A DNA stretch of 64,000 nt from an uncultured delta proteobacterium (GTDB lineage Bacteria; Myxococcota_A; Polyangia; Polyangiales; Polyangiaceae), in NCBI GenBank assembly GCA_963782055.1, contig CAWAIF010000003.1, forward strand, positions 6,939,165 through 7,003,164, in the 5' to 3' direction. The notes under the pieces are model-generated. The model saw only the letters and a list, made by a program, of their open reading frames with translations. It was not told the DNA's origin and did not search any database. Shown one piece after another: positions 59,644 to 64,000 of the stretch (position 1 is the stretch's first letter; each line of letters begins with the position of its first letter). The position numbers and the translations under genes were made by a program.

Positions 59644-60513
59644 TCAGCCGATCTTCGCCTCGATGCTGCCCATGCGGCCGGCGCGGAAGTCCTCCACGGC
59701 CTGCATGATCTCCTCGCGGGTGTTCATGACGAAGGGGCCGTAGCGGGCGACGGGCTCGCGGATGGGCACGCCGGAGAGGAGCAGCATGTCCAGCGGGCCG
59801 GCGGCCTCGAAGTCGATGGCGTCACCGTCGGCCGCGAGGAAGACGGCCTGGCCCTCCTGCGCGGCCTTGCGGTCGCTGCCGAAGCGGCCGGCGCCGGAGA
59901 TGACCCACACCATCGCGGCGTGGTCCTTCGGGACGGGCTGGGTGAAGCGCGCGCCCTCCTTCAGTGTAAAGTGCAAGTACTGGATGGGGGTGCGGGTGTC
60001 GATCGCCGCCTTCTGGCCGAGCGCCTCGCCCGCGACGACGCGGACGCGGACGCCGTCCTTCTCGGCGACGGGGATGTTGGCGGCGGCGATCTCCTGGTAG
60101 CGGGGGCGCATGCGCTTGTCGCGCTTCGGCAGGTTGACCCAGAGCTGGAAGCCGAGCATGCGGCCGCCGCGCTTCTGGAAGGCCTCGCTCGGCATCTCGG
60201 CGTGGACGATGCCGTCGCCGGCGGTCATCCACTGGACGTCGCCCGGGCCGAGCTTGCCGCGGTGGCCGGCGGAGTCGGCGTGCTCCATCTCGCCCTCGAG
60301 GACGTAGGTCACGGTCTCGAAGCCGCGGTGGGGGTGGTCGGGCGCGCCCTTGGCCTGGCCGGGGGCGTAGTCCTGGGGGCCCATCTGGTCGAGGAGCAGG
60401 AAGGGATCGAAGTCGTCCTGGAGGTTGGTGGGGAAGGGGCGCGTCACCTGGAAGCCGGCGCCTTCCAGGGTGGTGTGGCCGGTGACGATGCGGGCAACGG
60501 ATCGGGAGCTCAT
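59644..60513 (-). CDS. Pirin family protein
   Basis: [42 protein letters not shown]. Confidence 0.93.
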   Translation of the reverse strand: MSSRSVARIVTGHTTLEGAGFQVTRPFPTNLQDDFDPFLLLDQMGPQDYAPGQAKGAPDHPHRGFETVTYVLEGEMEHADSAGHRGKLGPGDVQWMTAGDGIVHAEMPSEAFQKRGGRMLGFQLWVNLPKRDKRMRPRYQEIAAANIPVAEKDGVRVRVVAGEALGQKAAIDTRTPIQYLHFTLKEGARFTQPVPKDHAAMVWVISGAGRFGSDRKAAQEGQAVFLAADGDAIDFEAAGPLDMLLLSGVPIREPVARYGPFVMNTREEIMQAVEDFRAGRMGSIEAKIG

Positions 60514-60548
60514 GGGACCGAACATCGTAAGGACGGCTCTCCGGTTTG

Positions 60549-61079
60549 TCAGGGGGGCGGGCGCCCGGCGAGCGCGGCGTCGAGGGCGCGGCGGTACGCG
60601 GCGAGGGTGGCGTCGTCGAAGAGCACGAAGCGCACGCGAAGCGGCGGCGGGTGGGCGGCGCGGGCGCGCAGGTGCTCGAGCACCGTGCGGACGGCGATGG
60701 GCGCGGCCTCGTCGACCGGGTAGCCGTAGATGCCGGTGGCGATGGAGGGGAAGGCGACCGAATCGAGGCCGTGCTCGTCGCACAGGCGAAGGCAGGCGCG
60801 GTAGGCGGAGGCGAGCAGCTGGGCGTCGCGCGGGGTGCCGCGATAGACGGGACCGACGGCGTGGATGACGTGGCGCGCCGGGAGCCGATGGCCTCCGGTG
60901 ATCCTGGCGTCACCGGTGGGGCAGCCGCCGAGCCGGCGGCACTCGGCGAGCAGGCCGGGGCCGGCGGCGGCGTGGATGGCGCCGTCGACGCCGCCACCGG
61001 GGAGGAGCGCGGCGTTGGCCGCGTTGACGATGGCGTCCACGTCCTGGTGCACGATGTCGCCGCGCACCAGCTCGATCAC
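60549..61079 (-). CDS. Macrodomain O-acetyl-ADP-ribose deacetylase (YmdB-like)
   Basis: [37 protein letters not shown]. Confidence 0.92.
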   Translation of the reverse strand: MIELVRGDIVHQDVDAIVNAANAALLPGGGVDGAIHAAAGPGLLAECRRLGGCPTGDARITGGHRLPARHVIHAVGPVYRGTPRDAQLLASAYRACLRLCDEHGLDSVAFPSIATGIYGYPVDEAAPIAVRTVLEHLRARAAHPPPLRVRFVLFDDATLAAYRRALDAALAGRPPP

Positions 61080-61348
61080 GGCGTCTCGCGGCTCTTGGGC
61101 GGGGGCTCGCACGGCCGCGTGAGGCGCGCGCCGCACACGCAGGTGCGCAGCTCCAGCCACCCCTCCTTGCCTGCGAAGTAGCGGCCGTCGCTCGGCAGCT
61201 CGGCCCACTGCTCCTCCGTCCACGACTCGCCGCACCCGCACTTGCGAGGCCAGGAGGCGGCGGATGTGCTTGGCGTGCCGGGCGCGCTTGGGGCGCTGGG
61301 CGTGCTGGGCGTGCTGGGCGTGCTGGGCTGGTCGGGCGCCGGCGTCAC
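61076..61348 (-). CDS. Small Cys-rich protein with 9-bp (PST) repeats
   Basis: KCGCG...W..LP...ELRTCVCG; GTGA overlap with the macrodomain gene. Confidence 0.55.
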   Translation of the reverse strand: MTPAPDQPSTPSTPSTPSAPSAPGTPSTSAASWPRKCGCGESWTEEQWAELPSDGRYFAGKEGWLELRTCVCGARLTRPCEPPPKSRETP

Positions 61349-61376
61349 GAGCGCTTCGTAGCACGGTTCGCCGGCG

Positions 61377-61844
61377 CTAGCGCGGCCGGATGGACTCGAC
61401 GTAGCGGATCAACGCGTCGGTGCGCTGCGGCTCGCCGATCGCCTCCAGCAGGTGGCGCGCGCCCTCGGCGACCGTGCCGAACATCTTGATGCGGGGGCTC
61501 TTCAGCCGGCCCCGGACGAGGACGCGCTTCAGGTTGGTGCCCAGGCCATTGCCCTCCAGCACGAGCGCGATGTGGACGCGCGGGTCGTCGGCGATGTCCT
61601 GGAACAGCTCCTTCTGGGCGGCGATGGCGGGACCGCGGGGTGCGGGCGCGCGCTCCTCGAGCACCAGCAGGGCGCCGATGACGGGCGCGCCGGGCATCTG
61701 GGCGCGCGTCAGCCGGGCGACCGTCGAGATGGACTCGATGGCCTGGGGCGTGAGCTCCGCGTCGCCGCGGACCTGAACCATCACGTCCTTCCACCGGGCG
61801 AAGACGTGCCCGGGCTCCTGCCAGAGCGCCTCCGACTCCTTCAT
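61377..61844 (-). CDS. Hypothetical protein (STAS/SpoIIAA-like by pattern)
   Basis: IALVLEG.G...KMFGTVAEG pattern; typical codon usage. Confidence 0.6.
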   Translation of the reverse strand: MKESEALWQEPGHVFARWKDVMVQVRGDAELTPQAIESISTVARLTRAQMPGAPVIGALLVLEERAPAPRGPAIAAQKELFQDIADDPRVHIALVLEGNGLGTNLKRVLVRGRLKSPRIKMFGTVAEGARHLLEAIGEPQRTDALIRYVESIRPR

Positions 61845-62068
61845 GACCTTCCCCCCGAGGATGCCACGGAACCGGCCGCCGGGCGCACCGCGTGCTCGGC
61901 CGGCAGCGCACCCGCCCCCTGTCCCGGGACACCCCCCCCGGACACCCGGCCACCCAACGTCGAGGGGCCCGACCGTTAGCAAGCACTCGCCAGGGCCTCG
62001 AAACGTAGTGGGTTTGGGGGGGGAAGGAGGGGGGCGGGGGCCGGCATGGGGCGTGCTGTGGGGAAGGC

Positions 62069-62563
62069 ATGGACGCCATCTACTTCGGTCTCAAGCGCGC
62101 CTACCAGGCAACCCTCAAGGTCGGGCGCTTCATCCTCTCCCGTATCGGGCTGACGCCAGCGCGGTTCGACATGATCTACGCCATCCGGCACTCCGGCCGC
62201 ACCTTCATGACGCAGATGGAGCTGCGGCGCGTGCTGGGCGTGTCGCGGCCGACGGTCAGCCGCATGCTCGCCTCGCTCGAGAAGCTCGGGCTGGTGTGGC
62301 GCGGGCCGACGCACGACCGGCGCACGCGCAAGGTCGACCTCACCCCGGCCGGCGAGCGGCTGCTGAAGCGGGTGCTGGACGAGCTCATCGCGCCGGAGAT
62401 CCTCTCCTTCCCCATCGACGACGCCCTGACGCACGGCCGCTCCCTCGACGAGAACGTGCGGTTTCTCAAGCGCGCGTACACCGAGAGCACGCTGAACATC
62501 CTCGCTCGGTACTTCCGCGACACGGCCACGCTCTACTATCCATGGGGCTTCCCGGACGATTGA
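62069..62563 (+). CDS. MarR family transcriptional regulator
   Basis: GLTPARFD, TQMELRRVLGVSRPTVSRML..LE..GLV, DRR...V.LT..G. Confidence 0.9.
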   Translation: MDAIYFGLKRAYQATLKVGRFILSRIGLTPARFDMIYAIRHSGRTFMTQMELRRVLGVSRPTVSRMLASLEKLGLVWRGPTHDRRTRKVDLTPAGERLLKRVLDELIAPEILSFPIDDALTHGRSLDENVRFLKRAYTESTLNILARYFRDTATLYYPWGFPDD

Positions 62564-62704
62564 GGGGGGAGGTCGGGGCGCGTCACGCATGCCGACCGCA
62601 GCGACGCCGCGACGCCGCGACGCCGCGACCGCAGCAGCGCGTGGTCGCGCAGCCTCGTCACCACCTCGTGCAGGATGCCTCTCGAAGCGTCTGACCCGCT
62701 TGGA

Positions 62705-63706
62705 TCAGAGGCCGAGCCAGGGCTGCGGCGCGACCGTCTGGCTGCCGTGGCGGATCTCGAAGTAGAGCATCGGCCCCTGGCCGTCGTCGCCGACGGTGCC
62801 GATGCGCTCGCCGGCGTCGACGTCGTCGCCGACGTGCACGTCGATGGTGCCCAGGTTGCCGCTCACCGAGTAGTAGTGCTCGCCGTGGTCCAGGATGATG
62901 ATGCGACCGTAGGCGCCATAGCGGTCGGCGAAGGCGACGCGGCCCGCGTAGACAGCGCGCACGACGGCGGACATCGGCGCCAGGATCTCCAGACCGGGAC
63001 CGTCGGCGCCCTCGCGCCGCGCGGGGCGCACGTCGGCGCGGCCGGCGATGGGGAAGAGCAAGCGGCCGCGCGAGGCGGCGAATCCGGTCGGGGCGCCGAG
63101 GTCATCGCCGGCGCCGCCGATGGGCACGTAGTCGCCGCCGCCGCCGGAGGAGGCGAAGGCGCGCTCGAAGGCGCGCTGTCGCCGCACCTCGTCCTCCAGC
63201 GCCAGGTGCGCCGCGTCCATGGCGGTGCGCTGACTGGCGAGCGACTCGCGGTCGCGGCCGATGCGCTCGAGCGATCGTGCCAGCTCGGCGCCCCGGGCGA
63301 GCAGCCGCTTCTCCTCGGTCAGGTCGCGCAGCAGGGTGTGGCGCGCCCGCTCGACGCGCATGGCGTGGGTGACGAGGGCGTCGAAGCCGCCGCCCACGGG
63401 GAGCATACCCGCGCGGGTGAGCTTGTAGAGCGCGCGACCGCGCCTCAGCGCGCGGCGGTGCGCCGCCTGGATCTGCGGGCCGAGGCCGGCGATCTCCTTC
63501 TTGGAGGCCAGCTCCTCCGAGTCCAGGTCCGCGATCTTGCGATCCAGCGCCGCCAGGGCGAGGGACGACGAGGTCGCTGTGGGCGCGGGCGCGCGCGCCG
63601 CGGCCCGGTCGCCGAGCACTCCCGGGTCGGCCGGCGCCGCGTGGCCTGTTCCCGCCACGGCGAAGCCGAGGACGAGCAGGAGCGAGACGGCGCGCGGCGT
63701 CTTCAC
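62705..63706 (-). CDS. envC: Murein hydrolase activator EnvC (M23/LytM domain)
   Basis: Signal peptide, coiled coil, degenerate LytM (YGRIIILDHG...LYFEIR); downstream of ftsX. Confidence 0.82.
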   Translation of the reverse strand: MKTPRAVSLLLVLGFAVAGTGHAAPADPGVLGDRAAARAPAPTATSSSLALAALDRKIADLDSEELASKKEIAGLGPQIQAAHRRALRRGRALYKLTRAGMLPVGGGFDALVTHAMRVERARHTLLRDLTEEKRLLARGAELARSLERIGRDRESLASQRTAMDAAHLALEDEVRRQRAFERAFASSGGGGDYVPIGGAGDDLGAPTGFAASRGRLLFPIAGRADVRPARREGADGPGLEILAPMSAVVRAVYAGRVAFADRYGAYGRIIILDHGEHYYSVSGNLGTIDVHVGDDVDAGERIGTVGDDGQGPMLYFEIRHGSQTVAPQPWLGL

Positions 63707-64000
63707 ACGGTCACCAGACGACGAAGTCCGAGGCTCGCGGCCGCGGCACCGAGGATGCCGCCCACCACGACCAGGCCCAGGCCCGCCTGCCAGGAGAGGA
63801 AGGTGGGCGTGACCCCGAGCAGGCTGGCGAGCTCGTTGTCCAGTCGGCCGCGCACCAGCGCGAAGAGCACGCCGAGAAGCGCCAGCGCGCACGTCGCGCC
63901 GAGACCGCCCTGGATGCCGCCTTCCAGCACGAACGGCCCCTTGATGAAGCGGTCGGTCGCGCCCACCAGCTTGAGCACCTCCACCTCCGCGCGCCGTCGC
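63703..64000 (-). CDS. ftsX: Cell division permease FtsX, 3' part only
   Basis: RRAEVEVLKLVGATDRFIKGPFVLEG. Confidence 0.85.
   Translation of the reverse strand, partial: RRRAEVEVLKLVGATDRFIKGPFVLEGGIQGGLGATCALALLGVLFALVRGRLDNELASLLGVTPTFLSWQAGLGLVVVGGILGAAAASLGLRRLVTV

Noticed and set aside
51089..59743. Long overlapping alternative-frame ORFs (e.g. 51089-52858, the 5' part of 51355-54750, 54719-56557)
   Set aside because: High-GC shadow frames over clearly identified hppA, mla and ABC genes.
62600..62630. Short GACGCCGC tandem repeat between marR and envC
   Set aside because: Only 3-4 units; unremarkable at this GC content.

Overview
High-GC window that looks myxobacterial (Polyangiaceae/Labilithrix-like), judged from a MYXO-CTERM-type tail, many lipoproteins and sigma-54 promoters. 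It has three zones. (1) 1-12.8 kb is a defence island: a type 2 BREX/Pgl kinase pglW running off the left edge (missed by the ORF track), an uncharacterised gene coupled to it, a SEC-C/trypsin-like protease, two DUF262 (GmrSD-like) genes, an intact IS4 with a 10-bp target duplication, and a coupled YaaW-like + membrane/coiled-coil gene pair. (2) 13-48 kb is a plastic accessory zone: five MenA1/MenT1-like small protein + nucleotidyltransferase pairs, a PIN toxin module, Uma2 nucleases, many gene remnants, an IS66-like element, a 21-bp repeat array beside a sigma-54 promoter, a tandem-duplicated four-helix-bundle cassette between GC microsatellites, and a group II intron inserted exactly at the start codon of an apparently leaderless gene. 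(3) 48-64 kb holds ordinary genes (CBS, Usp, hppA, Mla-type ABC, ABC-2, pirin, macrodomain, MarR, envC, ftsX). The best candidates for something new are the start-codon intron, which seems to carry its own replacement SD+AUG, the unannotated genes of the BREX/GmrSD island, and the microsatellite-bounded four-helix-bundle cassette. Family calls come from motif recognition by eye; no database searches were run.
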